From assembly GCA_041645495.1 (NCBI GenBank), contig JBAZPZ010000003.1:849-64848 (forward strand): 64,000 bases of DNA, in the 5' to 3' direction. Source of the stretch: Fidelibacterota bacterium. Lineage in GTDB: Bacteria > Fidelibacterota > UBA2242. Positions within the stretch are counted from its first letter, which is position 1; every line of letters begins with the position of its first letter. Under the pieces are notes generated by a model. The model worked only from the letters and a program-made list of their open reading frames with translations. It had not been told where the DNA came from and did not search any database. A program made the position numbers and the translations under genes. Below, piece by piece: positions 36,994-50,466 of the stretch.

Positions 36994-38379
36994 TTAGATA
37001 TTCCGGCGCAAACGCGCGACGGATATTTTGTGTTGCTCGCGGTACTTCGCCACAGTGCGCCGGGCGACTGAAAAACCCTCCTTTTTCAGGAGTTTCGCCA
37101 ATTGATCGTCGCTGTAAGGTCGTTGTTTGTTTTCCGCCTCGACGATTTCTTTCAGTTTTTCTTTGACGATTCGGGTCGAGATTTCCTCACCGTCCTCGTC
37201 TTTCATGCCTTCGTTGAAAAAGAATTTCAATTCGTAGATGCCGGAAGTCAACTGCACATATTTTCCGCTCGTTACGCGGCTGATCGTCGAAATGTCCATA
37301 TTGATTTCTTCGGCGATGTCTTTGAGGATCATCGGCTTCAGCGGCTTCTGTGTATCCTCGAAAAAGTTCCGCTGTTTGGCGATGATGGCTTTCACGACGC
37401 GGATCATGGTCATCCGGCGTTGTTGAATTGCCTGAATGAACCACTTCGCCGAGTCGATTTTCTTTTTCAAATATGCTTTAGCCTCAGCGGTTGTCGATGA
37501 ACCGTTGGCGACCATATCCATATAGCTGGAACTGATGCGCAGTTCCGGAACCCGAGAATCATTCACCTCGACGATAAATTCTCCGTCGATTTTTTCGACG
37601 ATCAAATCCGGAACGATATAACGCGGTTCGGGGCTGGTCAAAGAGGCGCCCGGTTTCGGATTCAGCCGGACGATCAATTCACTCGCCGTGTGCATCCGTT
37701 CCTGATTCCAGCCGAGCGTTTTCATAATGACCGCAAACCGTTTATTGGCAAAATCGTCGAAGAAATCGCGAACGATCACCGCCGCGTCCTCCGAATTCGG
37801 GATTTGTTTCAATTGGATAAGAAGACATTCGTTCAGGTCGCGCGCGCCGATTCCCGGCGGATCGAATCGCTGAACCTGTTTGAGGACATTTAATGCTTTC
37901 TGCTCGGGCGTACCCAAGCCATAGGCGATATTTTCGATCGGAACCATCAAATAGCCGCGGTCGTCGATATTCCAGATGATCTCAGAAGCGATTTTTTGAT
38001 CAATTTCGTCGAAGTTCATCAACTTGATTTGTTCGAAAAGATGATCGACCAATCCACGCGGAGATGGCTGAACATAGCGGCCTTGTTTGACATTGTGATC
38101 GTATTCTTGCTTCGGCTCATAATCGTCGTTCTGAGGCAGAATATCTTCCCAGTTGATCTCGTCCTTTTCGTTGGGTTCCTTATCGGACACCGGCTCGGTG
38201 GATTCTTCGGGATATTCTGGCTCGACTTCTTCCAGCACTGGATTCTGTTCCAATTCCTGCGTGACTCTGGCTTCGAGTGCCAGCGTTGTCAGTTGCAGGA
38301 TCGTTGATTGAAGAATCTGCTGGGGCGTGAGCCGAAGTTCCTGAGAGAGTCTCTGAATTTGTGATTGACTCAGTTGCAT
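36994..38379 (-). CDS. rpoN: RNA polymerase sigma-54 factor
   Basis: 461 aa. Gln/Leu-rich region I and a C-terminal RpoN box (ARRTVAKYRE). Confidence 0.9.
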   Translation of the reverse strand: MQLSQSQIQRLSQELRLTPQQILQSTILQLTTLALEARVTQELEQNPVLEEVEPEYPEESTEPVSDKEPNEKDEINWEDILPQNDDYEPKQEYDHNVKQGRYVQPSPRGLVDHLFEQIKLMNFDEIDQKIASEIIWNIDDRGYLMVPIENIAYGLGTPEQKALNVLKQVQRFDPPGIGARDLNECLLIQLKQIPNSEDAAVIVRDFFDDFANKRFAVIMKTLGWNQERMHTASELIVRLNPKPGASLTSPEPRYIVPDLIVEKIDGEFIVEVNDSRVPELRISSSYMDMVANGSSTTAEAKAYLKKKIDSAKWFIQAIQQRRMTMIRVVKAIIAKQRNFFEDTQKPLKPMILKDIAEEINMDISTISRVTSGKYVQLTSGIYELKFFFNEGMKDEDGEEISTRIVKEKLKEIVEAENKQRPYSDDQLAKLLKKEGFSVARRTVAKYREQHKISVARLRRNI

Positions 38380-39101
38380 TATCTGTCCAGTTTAAAACTG
38401 TCGCCTAAGTAGAGTCGTTTCGCGTCCTCGTCATTCGCCAGGAAGCCGGACGTCCCGGACTTCAGGATGTTGCCTTCGAACATGAGATACGATCGGTCGG
38501 TGATCGATAGTGTTTCGTGCACGTTGTGGTCTGTAATGAGAACGCCGATATTGCGGGATCTCAGATTGATGACGATTTTCTGAATATCTTCCACAGCGAT
38601 CGGATCGACACCGACAAACGGTTCATCGAGAAGAATAAAATCGGGATTGGTCACCAAAGCGCGGGTAATTTCCGTCCGGCGCCTTTCGCCGCCCGATAGC
38701 GTGTAGGCTTTGCTTTTCCGGAATTTCCGGATGTTCAGCTCGTCTAACAGCGATTCCAGCCGATCCGTTCGCTCCTGTTTTGAAATATCCAGCGTCTGCA
38801 AAACCAGCATCAGGTTTTGCTCGACGGTCAGTTTTCGGAAGACCGAAGGCTCTTGCGCAAGATAACCGACGCCGAGTTGCGCCCGACGATACATCGGCAG
38901 TTTCGTGATTTCCATGTCGTCGATAAATACTTTTCCGGCGATCGGTTTGATCATTCCGGTAAACATGTGAAAAGTAGTGGTTTTCCCGGCGCCGTTCGGG
39001 CCCAGCAGACCGACGATTTCGCCTTTGGCGACCTGAATCGAAACGCCGTTGACCACTTTTCGTTTACCGTACGTTTTGCAGAGCGCTTCGCCGCGAAGCA
39101 C
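38379..39101 (-). CDS. lptB: LPS export ABC transporter ATP-binding protein
   Basis: 240 aa nucleotide-binding domain (GPNGAGKTT, LSGGERRRTEITRAL, ILLDEP). Sits in the conserved position between lptC and rpoN. Confidence 0.85.
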   Translation of the reverse strand: MLRGEALCKTYGKRKVVNGVSIQVAKGEIVGLLGPNGAGKTTTFHMFTGMIKPIAGKVFIDDMEITKLPMYRRAQLGVGYLAQEPSVFRKLTVEQNLMLVLQTLDISKQERTDRLESLLDELNIRKFRKSKAYTLSGGERRRTEITRALVTNPDFILLDEPFVGVDPIAVEDIQKIVINLRSRNIGVLITDHNVHETLSITDRSYLMFEGNILKSGTSGFLANDEDAKRLYLGDSFKLDR

Positions 39102-39138
39102 TTTGTTCTCAACCAGGACAGGTGATGTTGTTTCCGTG

Positions 39139-39672
39139 CTAATCGTTGAACTCCCTTTCCGTTACGCCGGTCGGCTTGCGGATGATCCAGTTTTTGAGGT
39201 CCGAATCGGACTCGAAGCCGACGCCATTCAGCGTATCCTGTTCGGTGACAAATGTGATGAATCCGTCAGATAGAATCCGTTCTCTCTCATGATTCCATTT
39301 GAGTTCCTGAGTATAGAGCGTCACGCCGCTGTCCGACACGACAACGACATTTCCCTTGGCGATCAGATCGTTGGTGCTTTCATAGACGATCGCCGTTTTG
39401 GCTTTCAAATGCGAGAGATGTCGTTCTTCGTTGTTGAAAAAATCGATCTCGACGTTTTCGTCCATCGAAACATAGGCCATGTTGTTGTATTTCGTCAGAT
39501 GTCCGGCATCGACGAGCGCACGTTTCTGTCCATCTTTCGTCAGCGTAATCTGAGATGACCAGCTTTCCTGATCCGGATATTGTCTTTCCGGTTCGTTCAA
39601 TTGTTCTTCGGTCATTTTCGAGCAACCGGCCAACCAAAGAAAAATCATGGACAGGATGAGTAATTTCTTCAA
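39139..39672 (-). CDS. lptC: LptC/LptA-family (OstA-like) LPS export protein
   Basis: About 177 aa starting at TTG 39672 (MKKLLILSMIFLWLAGCS signal/anchor) or ATG 39648. The 369-aa ORF in the track carries a spurious Arg/Gly-rich N-terminal extension that overlaps kdsD. Conserved position between kdsD and lptB. Confidence 0.55.
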   Translation of the reverse strand: MKKLLILSMIFLWLAGCSKMTEEQLNEPERQYPDQESWSSQITLTKDGQKRALVDAGHLTKYNNMAYVSMDENVEIDFFNNEERHLSHLKAKTAIVYESTNDLIAKGNVVVVSDSGVTLYTQELKWNHERERILSDGFITFVTEQDTLNGVGFESDSDLKNWIIRKPTGVTEREFND

Positions 39673-40649
39673 GATAAAATCCCGTATCGTAAAATATCGT
39701 GAATATGAATGATGCCGATCGGTCTGCCCGCCTTCACTTCGGAATAAACGAACAGATTGGTGATCGCATATTCTTCCATCAGGTGAAGCGCGTCGATTGC
39801 GAGGCAATTCGATTCGATCCATTTGGGATTCTTTGACATGATATCTTTGGCGACCTTGTTCAGGAAATTGCTCCGTTTTTCCAAACCGCGCCGCAAATCG
39901 CCATCCGTGATGACGCCGATCAGGTTTTCGTCCTTGTCCAAAACGCCGACGATTCCGAATCCCTTTTTCGTCATGATGAAAAGTGATTGTTTGATGTCGT
40001 CGCTGGCGGAAACTAACGGAATCTGTTCGCCTTCGTGCATGAGGTCTTCGACGGTCGTCAGCAGTCTTCGTCCCAGCGAACCGCCCGGATGAAAAGCCGC
40101 AAAGTCGTTTTGGTCGATTTTTTTCCTGGTCATCAGCGCGATGGCCAGCGCGTCGCCCATCGCCAATGTGACGACGGTACTCGCCGTCGGGACCATATTC
40201 AACGGATCTGCTTCCGTCGTGACCTGCGTGTTCAGGACGATGTTGCATTTTTTTGCGAGCGTCGAGTTGGTTCTGCCGAGCAAACCGATGATCGGAACGG
40301 CATTTTTTTTCAAAAAAGGAACGAGGTGAATGACTTCGTCGGTCTCGCCGCTGTTGGAAATGAGAATCACCGTGTCGTTTTTGGAAATACCGCCGAGATC
40401 GCCGTGTCCCGCTTCGTAGGCGTGAATGAAGAAACTCGGCGTTCCGGCGCTCGAAAGCGTCGCCGCAATTTTACCTCCGATATGCCCGGATTTCCCGACA
40501 CCGGTTACGATGATCTTTCCCTTTGTTTTTTGGATCAGTTCGACGGCTTTTTCGAAGTTTTCGTCGATTCTTTCTTCCAGTGCGGCAACCGCCGACGCTT
40601 CGATCCGGATCAGGTCAATCGCTTTTCCGATGTAATCTTTTGCCGTCAT
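39669..40649 (-). CDS. kdsD: Arabinose-5-phosphate isomerase (SIS + tandem CBS domains)
   Basis: 326 aa. SIS-domain block GKIIVTGVGKSGHIG and a C-terminal CBS pair. Confidence 0.85.
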   Translation of the reverse strand: MTAKDYIGKAIDLIRIEASAVAALEERIDENFEKAVELIQKTKGKIIVTGVGKSGHIGGKIAATLSSAGTPSFFIHAYEAGHGDLGGISKNDTVILISNSGETDEVIHLVPFLKKNAVPIIGLLGRTNSTLAKKCNIVLNTQVTTEADPLNMVPTASTVVTLAMGDALAIALMTRKKIDQNDFAAFHPGGSLGRRLLTTVEDLMHEGEQIPLVSASDDIKQSLFIMTKKGFGIVGVLDKDENLIGVITDGDLRRGLEKRSNFLNKVAKDIMSKNPKWIESNCLAIDALHLMEEYAITNLFVYSEVKAGRPIGIIHIHDILRYGILS

Positions 40650-40650
40650 T

Positions 40651-41195
40651 TTAGATGTCCTTATAGGTGTCCTTTGTCAGGATTTCCAGCGCCGGAACGA
40701 ATTTCTCCTGCGCCTTTAAAATCAATTCGATCGCCTCGCGAAGCGCTCCGTCACCGCCGTTTCTTTGTGTCACGTAAATGGCGCATTTTTTGACTTCGGG
40801 AAGCGCATTGGCGACGGAAATCGGGACGCCGACGCGTTTGAGAATGGGAATATCAATGAGATCGTCGCCAATATAGGCAACTTCATCGTCGGAAACCTGA
40901 AATTTTTTCTTGATCTCGGCGTACGGCTCCAGTTTGGCCAAATTTCCCTGAAACAGATTTTCCTCCAGATGCAGTTCTTTCATCCGATACGCAGTGACGC
41001 CCGAATGCCGCCCGGAAATGATGGCCAGCGGAAATTTCACCGCGCGAAGCAAAGCGACACCGGCGCCGTCGAACACATGAAAGCGCTTGAATTCCATGCC
41101 GTTCTCACCGATAAACAGCGAACCGTCGGTAAAAACGCCATCGACGTCGGCGACGAGAATTTTAAGTTTTTTCAGTCGATCTATGAGTTCGTTCG

Positions 41196-41199
<4 letters not shown>
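40651..41199 (-). CDS. kdsC: 3-deoxy-D-manno-octulosonate 8-phosphate phosphatase
   Basis: 182 aa HAD phosphatase with VADVDGVFTDG. Confidence 0.85.
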
Positions 41200-44407
<3,208 letters not shown>

Positions 44408-44411
<4 letters not shown>

Positions 44412-44719
44412 GAATTAATGTCCTTGATGACTTGGGGAACGCGGAAATAATCGCCGAGGCGTTCGGGTGCATTTCTAAAAACATCTTCCTTGGCGAGCGA
44501 TTCGGCGGGCGAATCGTCCCGAAATACGTTGGTCATTTCATGGACGTGAGAAAGGGGCTGAACGGATGAAGTATCAACCTGAGAAAGTTGATGAACATAG
44601 TCTAAGATTTGTTCGAGTTGCGCGGCGTATTTTAGTTTTTCCGCGTCGGTCAGGGTCAACTTGGCAAGTTCAGCGATCTTCCCGACGATTTTTTCATCAA
44701 TTTCCATATAACCTTTCAA
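44408..44719 (-). CDS. gatC: Asp/Glu-tRNA amidotransferase subunit C
   Basis: About 95-103 aa, a GatC-like small helical protein (LAKLTLTDAEKLKYAAQLEQILDYVHQLSQVDT). The true start is probably MEIDEK at 44707. Confidence 0.75.
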
Positions 44720-44830
44720 ACGATAACGACGGGCAATTTAAAGATTTTGAATATCTGAATCAAGCAGACCGATTGGACTGCGGCATTTTTTTGCCGGATT
44801 TGCATGGTTTTTGCTCGGAGGCGCGGAGTC

Positions 44831-46465
44831 TTACATTTTTTCCGGAGCGGAAATTCCGATGAAACTCAATCCGCTGCCCAGCACACTCCGAACGACCTGA
44901 ATAAGCGCGATTCTGGCAACCGACAGGTTCCTGTCGCTCGTCAGGACGCGATGATCGGTATAAAACTTGTGGAACACGGCTGCCAATTTTTGCAAATAGG
45001 TCGTCATGTGTTGCGGTTCGAGCGTGTCGTGGCAAATCCCGACGACTTCCGGAAACTCGCTGAGGACGTTCAGAAGCGACAACGCTTCCGCTTCCCGCAA
45101 AAGACCGGCATCGAACGGTTCGTTCAGACCGATTCCCTGCGTTTTGGCGTTTCGCAGGATGCTGCAAATTCTGGCGTGCGCATACTGAAGATAGAAAACC
45201 GGATTTTCCTCGCCTTCCGTTTTGGCGAGCGCCAGATCGAAATTCAACTGGCTGTTCATCCCACGCATGATGAAGAAATAGCGGACGACGTCTTTTCCGA
45301 CCTCATCGACGAGTTCGTCAACCGTCACGTAATTCGCCTTTCGCGTGGACATTTTCACTTTCTCGGCGCCGCGCGTCAATGTGACGAATTGATGGATCAG
45401 AACTTTGATCCGGCTGGTGTCGTAACCGAGCGCCTTCAGTCCGGCGAGAACATCGGGATAAGTCGCGTGGTGATCGGCGCCGAAAATATCGACGACGATG
45501 TCGAATCCGCGTTTGAACTTCGTCATGTGGTATGCGATGTCGGGCAAGCGGTAAGTCGCCTCGTCCATTACACTTTTCCAGAGAACGCGGTCGTCACTGC
45601 CGCCGTATTGGCTGGCCTTGAACCAGATGGCGCCGTCTTTTTCATAACTTGCGCCGATTTCCTCGAATTTTTTCAGCACCGCATCCACATCACCGTTTTC
45701 GTACAGGCTTTTCTCGTTATAAAAGCAGTCGAATTCGATGTCGATTCGCTTGAGTGTTGCCTTGATGTCTTCAAAGACTGCGTACTCAGCTGAATTTTTA
45801 AAAATCTCGTTTTCGGGATCGTCCTTGAACCGATCGCCGTATTTCTCGACAATGGTTTTTGCGATGTCGCTGATGTATTCACCCTGATAATGGTCTTCGG
45901 GAAATTCGTCATCGAATCCGAGCGCCTGCCGGTAGCGGACGAACGTCGAATGGCCGAGGATTCGCATCTGCCGTCCGGCGTCATTGTAGTAATATTCCCG
46001 CTCGACATCGTAGCCGTTCCATTCCAGAATTCTGGCAACGGTATCGCCAAGAACAGCCTGCCTTCCGTGACCGACGGTCAGCGGCCCGGTCGGATTGGCA
46101 CTGACAAATTCAACCTGCGCCTTTTTGCCTTTTCCGCGAGATGAGCGACCGTAATCCGAGCCGGATTTTAAAATTTCACCGACAACGGTCTGCAATTCCT
46201 GAGGCGCCAGAAAGAAATTGATGAAGCCGGGCGCCTTGACCTCGACTTTTTCGACAACTTCCGGGCGTTTCGGTAATGCGGCGACGATTTCATTGGCAAT
46301 CGCCATCGGCGGGCGCTTGAGCGTTTTCGTCAGCGTCATCGCCAGATTCGTCGAAAAATGGCCGTAATCCGGATGTTTCGTGCGTTCGATCTGGATTTGC
46401 AGCGGTTGCGGTATTTGAAGCGCTTCCAGCGCCTCGATCAACATATCTTGTATTTTCACAGTCAT
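44831..46465 (-). CDS. argS: Arginine--tRNA ligase
   Basis: 544 aa class I aaRS. The HIGH-like motif VSANPTGPLTVGHGR, the add-1 N-terminal domain, and the DALR anticodon-binding C-terminus. Confidence 0.9.
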   Translation of the reverse strand: MTVKIQDMLIEALEALQIPQPLQIQIERTKHPDYGHFSTNLAMTLTKTLKRPPMAIANEIVAALPKRPEVVEKVEVKAPGFINFFLAPQELQTVVGEILKSGSDYGRSSRGKGKKAQVEFVSANPTGPLTVGHGRQAVLGDTVARILEWNGYDVEREYYYNDAGRQMRILGHSTFVRYRQALGFDDEFPEDHYQGEYISDIAKTIVEKYGDRFKDDPENEIFKNSAEYAVFEDIKATLKRIDIEFDCFYNEKSLYENGDVDAVLKKFEEIGASYEKDGAIWFKASQYGGSDDRVLWKSVMDEATYRLPDIAYHMTKFKRGFDIVVDIFGADHHATYPDVLAGLKALGYDTSRIKVLIHQFVTLTRGAEKVKMSTRKANYVTVDELVDEVGKDVVRYFFIMRGMNSQLNFDLALAKTEGEENPVFYLQYAHARICSILRNAKTQGIGLNEPFDAGLLREAEALSLLNVLSEFPEVVGICHDTLEPQHMTTYLQKLAAVFHKFYTDHRVLTSDRNLSVARIALIQVVRSVLGSGLSFIGISAPEKM

Positions 46466-46570
46466 CGGTTCCTTAAAAAAACGCGGGTAATTTAACGGTC
46501 ACTCGATTTTATCGCAACAATCTTGACCGCTAAATAGTTTGGGAAAATTGGATTATTGGAGATGCCGGTT

Positions 46571-46951
46571 CTATTCGTCCGCCGACTCGATTTTCTCGAC
46601 GGGAGCGTCCGCCCACAATCGTTCGATATTATAATAGTCGCGTGTCTCCCGTGTAAAAACATGCACAACAAAATCGACATAATCCATCAGAACCCATTTC
46701 AGATTCTGGTAACCTTCAATATGCCACGGTTTTTCTACGGGAAGCATTTTCATCTCGATTTCATCGACAATCGCTTTGGCATGAGCATCCGCTTCGGCGG
46801 TGCAAATGATGAAATAGTCGGTCAGCGAGGTCAATCCGCGCATATCTAGAATAACTATGTCTGTCGCTTTTTTTTCAAAAGCGATCTTGGCCGCTTTGAC
46901 CGCCGATTCGTGTGCGGACGCCGCGGGTTTTTCTTCATGCTTTTTTATCAT
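46571..46951 (-). CDS. rsfS: Ribosome silencing factor RsfS (Iojap)
   Basis: 126 aa with a DYFIICTA block and WVLMDYVDFVVHVF. Confidence 0.8.
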   Translation of the reverse strand: MIKKHEEKPAASAHESAVKAAKIAFEKKATDIVILDMRGLTSLTDYFIICTAEADAHAKAIVDEIEMKMLPVEKPWHIEGYQNLKWVLMDYVDFVVHVFTRETRDYYNIERLWADAPVEKIESADE

Positions 46952-46960
46952 CAGGTCTGG

Positions 46961-47488
46961 TCAGTTTTCCTTAATCGATTGGATTTTTGAATAAACGGGA
47001 AGCGTATCGTAATCTTTCCCGATAATGAGCGTCATATCGACTTGTAAAGAAGGGTCTTTCTCGTCGTACAATCTTCCGGAATCCAGCGAAAGGGTCGCAT
47101 TGACGGTGTTCAGTTTTTCCGGAACGTCGGCTCGCTGGATCAGGATCGTCTGAGGAACATCCGTCCGGGAGGCATTTCCCGAAGCGATCACGTCGAATCC
47201 CTGTTGCCGGAGATAATTCGTGAATTCCAGCGCCAATCCGGGTTTTTCGGTGCCGTTCAATACTTCGATGACGATATTGGAGAACGGATTTTCAGGAGAA
47301 GATATCGTTTCGGTTGTGCTCAGCATAACCTTTTGCGGATTGTCATTCATGCGTTTGCCCGTCGAATAGATGAATCCGACGATGATCACGGCCAAACAGA
47401 AAATCGCTACATTCAGAAACCACTTCTGAACATCGCCGCGCTTTGACTGTCTTTTTCGGTTGTGTTTGGCTCGACCCTTACGCTTCAC
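46961..47488 (-). CDS. LytR_C-domain protein (cell-envelope-related, membrane-anchored)
   Basis: 175 aa. Basic N-terminus, one TM, and a C-terminal block VIEVLNGTEKPGLALEFTNYLRQQGFDVIASGNA typical of the LytR C-terminal domain. Confidence 0.5.
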   Translation of the reverse strand: MKRKGRAKHNRKRQSKRGDVQKWFLNVAIFCLAVIIVGFIYSTGKRMNDNPQKVMLSTTETISSPENPFSNIVIEVLNGTEKPGLALEFTNYLRQQGFDVIASGNASRTDVPQTILIQRADVPEKLNTVNATLSLDSGRLYDEKDPSLQVDMTLIIGKDYDTLPVYSKIQSIKEN

Positions 47489-47498
47489 TATTTGTCAC

Positions 47499-47996
47499 CT
47501 AATACGGAAAATACCGATAAGAATATGGACCGTATCCGTATTGGTAAGTCGCCGGAGCACGATCGAAACTAAAATTCAGCAAGACGTTTTCTTTCGGACG
47601 ATAAATGATGTCGGCTCCGTAGGAAATGTTATCCATCAGATTCTGGCTTAACTGCGTGTTGCCAATCTTAAGTGGATCGTGATAAAAGCCGACCCGACCG
47701 TTCATCATCAGTTTATCCGAAAAGAGATAAGAAAAGTTGTTCTGATACACACCCATCCCGCAACTGCGGGACTGTTTCCCGAACGTCGCAAATGAAAGCG
47801 AGTAGGATTGTCTCATCGAAAACCGGCTTTTATCCAGGAATCCAAGCCCCAATAGCGACGATCCGATGCCGGGTATTTTGATATTCTGTTCGACGGAGGC
47901 TGTCTCTCTTATTTGACTTTTGAGCTGACCGCGTACCAATCCAAAGGGTAAAAACAAAACGATCGAAATCCATGCCACAATTGCTTTCCGTTTCAT
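47499..47996 (-). CDS. Hypothetical outer-membrane / secreted protein
   Basis: Signal peptide from the internal start MKRKAIVAWISIVLFLPF. Gly/Tyr-rich beta-like C-terminus ending in aromatic residues. Confidence 0.45.
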   Translation of the reverse strand: MKRKAIVAWISIVLFLPFGLVRGQLKSQIRETASVEQNIKIPGIGSSLLGLGFLDKSRFSMRQSYSLSFATFGKQSRSCGMGVYQNNFSYLFSDKLMMNGRVGFYHDPLKIGNTQLSQNLMDNISYGADIIYRPKENVLLNFSFDRAPATYQYGYGPYSYRYFPY

Positions 47997-48144
47997 CTTT
48001 TCACCTTGTTTATGGAATTCATAATTCACGTCTCATTTTAAAAGTTTTGCACGAGTTTGTCAAGTGGATTCTCGACTAATTTTTCATTCTGTTAAAAAAA
48101 CTGAAACAGTCTTACAACATCTGTTTCGCGGGATTTGTTCCGGT

Positions 48145-48990
48145 TCAATCGCGCAAAATCATGTTATCGATCAGCCGGGTTTTCCCGAAGCGAACGGCGA
48201 CGGCGACGAACGTTCCCGGTTCGATATTTTGGACATTCTCCAGCGTGATCGAATTGACAATTTCGACATACTCGATTTCCGCGAGCGGTGATTCACCGAT
48301 CGTCCGCCGGATCAATTCTGCGACGGTGAAAGCGTCCTGATTGCCATTCGATACGAACTCTTTTACCAACATTAAAGCGCGGAAAATGACCGGCGCTTGC
48401 CGACGTTCTTCCGGAGAGAGATAGACGTTCCGCGAACTCATCGCCAATCCGTCCGCTTCCCGAACGATCGGAGCGACGACGATTTGTACCGGAAAGTTGA
48501 GATCGGTAACCATCCGCTTGATAATGATCGCCTGCTGAGCGTCTTTCTGCCCGAAAACCGCAACGTCCGGCTGAACGATGTTGAACAGCTTCGATACGAC
48601 CGTCGTCACGCCCCGGAAATGGATCGGTCGCGACGCGCCGCACAGCGTTTTGGAAAGTTGTTCGGTAACGACATAAGTAAAATAGGGTTTGGGATACATT
48701 TCCGCCACGTCGGGATAAAAGATCAGATCGACGCCGTGTTCCCGTGCCAATTTTTCATCGCGTTCGAAATCGCGCGGATATTTATCCAGATCTTCAGTCG
48801 GCCCGAATTGCGTCGGATTGACGAAAATACTCATGACGACAAAATCACATCGTTTCTTCGCTTCATCGACGAGCGAAAGATGTCCCGCATGCAAATATCC
48901 CATCGTCGGAACCAGACCGACGGTTTTCCCGGCGAGACGAATTTTCCGGAGGATTTCCCGCGTCTCCGCAATACTACTAACGACTCTCAT
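48145..48990 (-). CDS. panC: Pantoate--beta-alanine ligase
   Basis: Likely start at ATG 48990 with SD AGGAGAG (MRVVSSIAETRE...). HIGH-type motif PTMGYLHAGHLSL. The longer ORF in the track overlaps panB. Confidence 0.85.
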   Translation of the reverse strand: MRVVSSIAETREILRKIRLAGKTVGLVPTMGYLHAGHLSLVDEAKKRCDFVVMSIFVNPTQFGPTEDLDKYPRDFERDEKLAREHGVDLIFYPDVAEMYPKPYFTYVVTEQLSKTLCGASRPIHFRGVTTVVSKLFNIVQPDVAVFGQKDAQQAIIIKRMVTDLNFPVQIVVAPIVREADGLAMSSRNVYLSPEERRQAPVIFRALMLVKEFVSNGNQDAFTVAELIRRTIGESPLAEIEYVEIVNSITLENVQNIEPGTFVAVAVRFGKTRLIDNMILRD

Positions 48991-48994
48991 TTTT

Positions 48995-49795
48995 TTAGTA
49001 ACTCTCCTCTTTGGAAGGAAATTTCCCGGTCTGAACGTCCGAACAATAGTCCGACACGCCTTTCCGGATGGACGCGCCGAGGTCGTCATAGCGCCGCGCA
49101 AACCGGAGATGCATCTTGTCAAACAGTCCAAGCAGGTCGTAGGTAACGAGGATTTGTCCGTCGCAATCGATGCCCGCGCCGATTCCGATCGTCGGTATTT
49201 TCAACGATTCCGAAACTGTTTTCGCCAATTGTGCAGGCACTTTTTCCAGCACGATCGAGAACACGCCCGCAGATTCCAGCGCCAGAGCGTCCTTGCGAAT
49301 CCGTTCCGCTTCGATCTCGCTCGCGCCGCGGACGCCATAGCCGCCGAATTCGTGAACGCTTTGCGGCGTAAATCCCAAATGTCCCATGACGGGAATCCCG
49401 ATCTCCACCAATTTTCGAATCGTCGGACAAACCGGTTCGCCGCCTTCGAGTTTGACGGCTTCGACGCCGCCCTCTTTCATGAACCGGCCGGCGTTATGAA
49501 TCGCCAATTCGATGCTTTCCTGATACGACATAAACGGCATATCGCCGACTAAAAGCGCGTGTTGAACGCCGCGACGAACGGATTTGATGTGATACAGCAT
49601 TTCGTCCATCGTCACCGGCAAGGTCGTTTCGTATCCGGCGCAAACGTTTCCGCACGAGTCGCCGACCAGAATCAGATCGACGCCCGACTCGTCCAGCAAA
49701 TAGGCAAATGTGTAATCATACGCCGTCAGCGCCGTAATCTTCTGTTTTTCGGATTTCATTTTCAGGATCGTCGATATTCTAACTTTTTTCATCAT
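48995..49795 (-). CDS. panB: 3-methyl-2-oxobutanoate hydroxymethyltransferase
   Basis: 266 aa with the TIM-barrel block LTAYDYTFAYLLDESGVDLILVGDS. Confidence 0.9.
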   Translation of the reverse strand: MMKKVRISTILKMKSEKQKITALTAYDYTFAYLLDESGVDLILVGDSCGNVCAGYETTLPVTMDEMLYHIKSVRRGVQHALLVGDMPFMSYQESIELAIHNAGRFMKEGGVEAVKLEGGEPVCPTIRKLVEIGIPVMGHLGFTPQSVHEFGGYGVRGASEIEAERIRKDALALESAGVFSIVLEKVPAQLAKTVSESLKIPTIGIGAGIDCDGQILVTYDLLGLFDKMHLRFARRYDDLGASIRKGVSDYCSDVQTGKFPSKEESY

Positions 49796-49798
49796 CGT

Positions 49799-50344
49799 TT
49801 AACAGCCTTTTATTTTCCCGACGACCCATCCCGATTCGTTCGATTCTTTTTCCGAAAGCCATCTTTTCAGAAGCTGTTCATGAATCGAAAAAATCAGTTG
49901 CGGTCGTTCGTCGATTTTAAAAAAATGTGCGTCCTGATCCCGCACATGCGGGACGGGCAGGATTTCGAAGCTCTGCAAAATCATCCGATAAACGACGATC
50001 AGGATGTCGCCGAAATATCCATTCAGATGAATTTTGACGTCGAATAAAGTCGGCTGAATTCCGGTTAATCCGGTTTCTTCTTTCAGTTCGCGAATCGCGC
50101 CACTCTCCGGCGTTTCGCCCATTTCAAGAAATCCGCCGGCCAGCGACCAGCCGCCTTTTCCCGGTTCCGTGTTTCGTTTCACCAGCAGAATTTCGTTCCG
50201 GGCGTTCTCGGCGAGAATGGCCACCGACGGGACCGGATTTTCATACAGAACCGTCTTGCAGGCGGGACAAAAAGTTCTATTTCTGCCTTCAATGTTGGCC
50301 TGCTCCGCCGGATGTCCGCATTGATAACAAAACCGGTATTTCAT
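49799..50344 (-). CDS. NUDIX hydrolase with N-terminal zinc ribbon
   Basis: 181 aa. A CxxC...CxxC zinc ribbon, then the Nudix box GGFLEMGETPESGAIRELKEETGL. Confidence 0.8.
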   Translation of the reverse strand: MKYRFCYQCGHPAEQANIEGRNRTFCPACKTVLYENPVPSVAILAENARNEILLVKRNTEPGKGGWSLAGGFLEMGETPESGAIRELKEETGLTGIQPTLFDVKIHLNGYFGDILIVVYRMILQSFEILPVPHVRDQDAHFFKIDERPQLIFSIHEQLLKRWLSEKESNESGWVVGKIKGC

Positions 50345-50466
50345 GTCTGGAAAATAAACAGTTTTACACGGAATCGCAACGCATTTTTCCGGCGATGATG
50401 TTGAAAACGTCGGACGGATTTTGTATCTTCTGATGCAAATTGAAATGTGTAACTGAGGAATTTTTC

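Noticed and set aside
39139-40248. 369-aa ORF with a very Arg/Gly/His-rich N-terminus
   Set aside because: The N-terminal 190 codons overlap kdsD on another frame and are low complexity. Only the C-terminal ~177 aa, from TTG 39672 or ATG 39648, looks like a real LptC/OstA-like protein.
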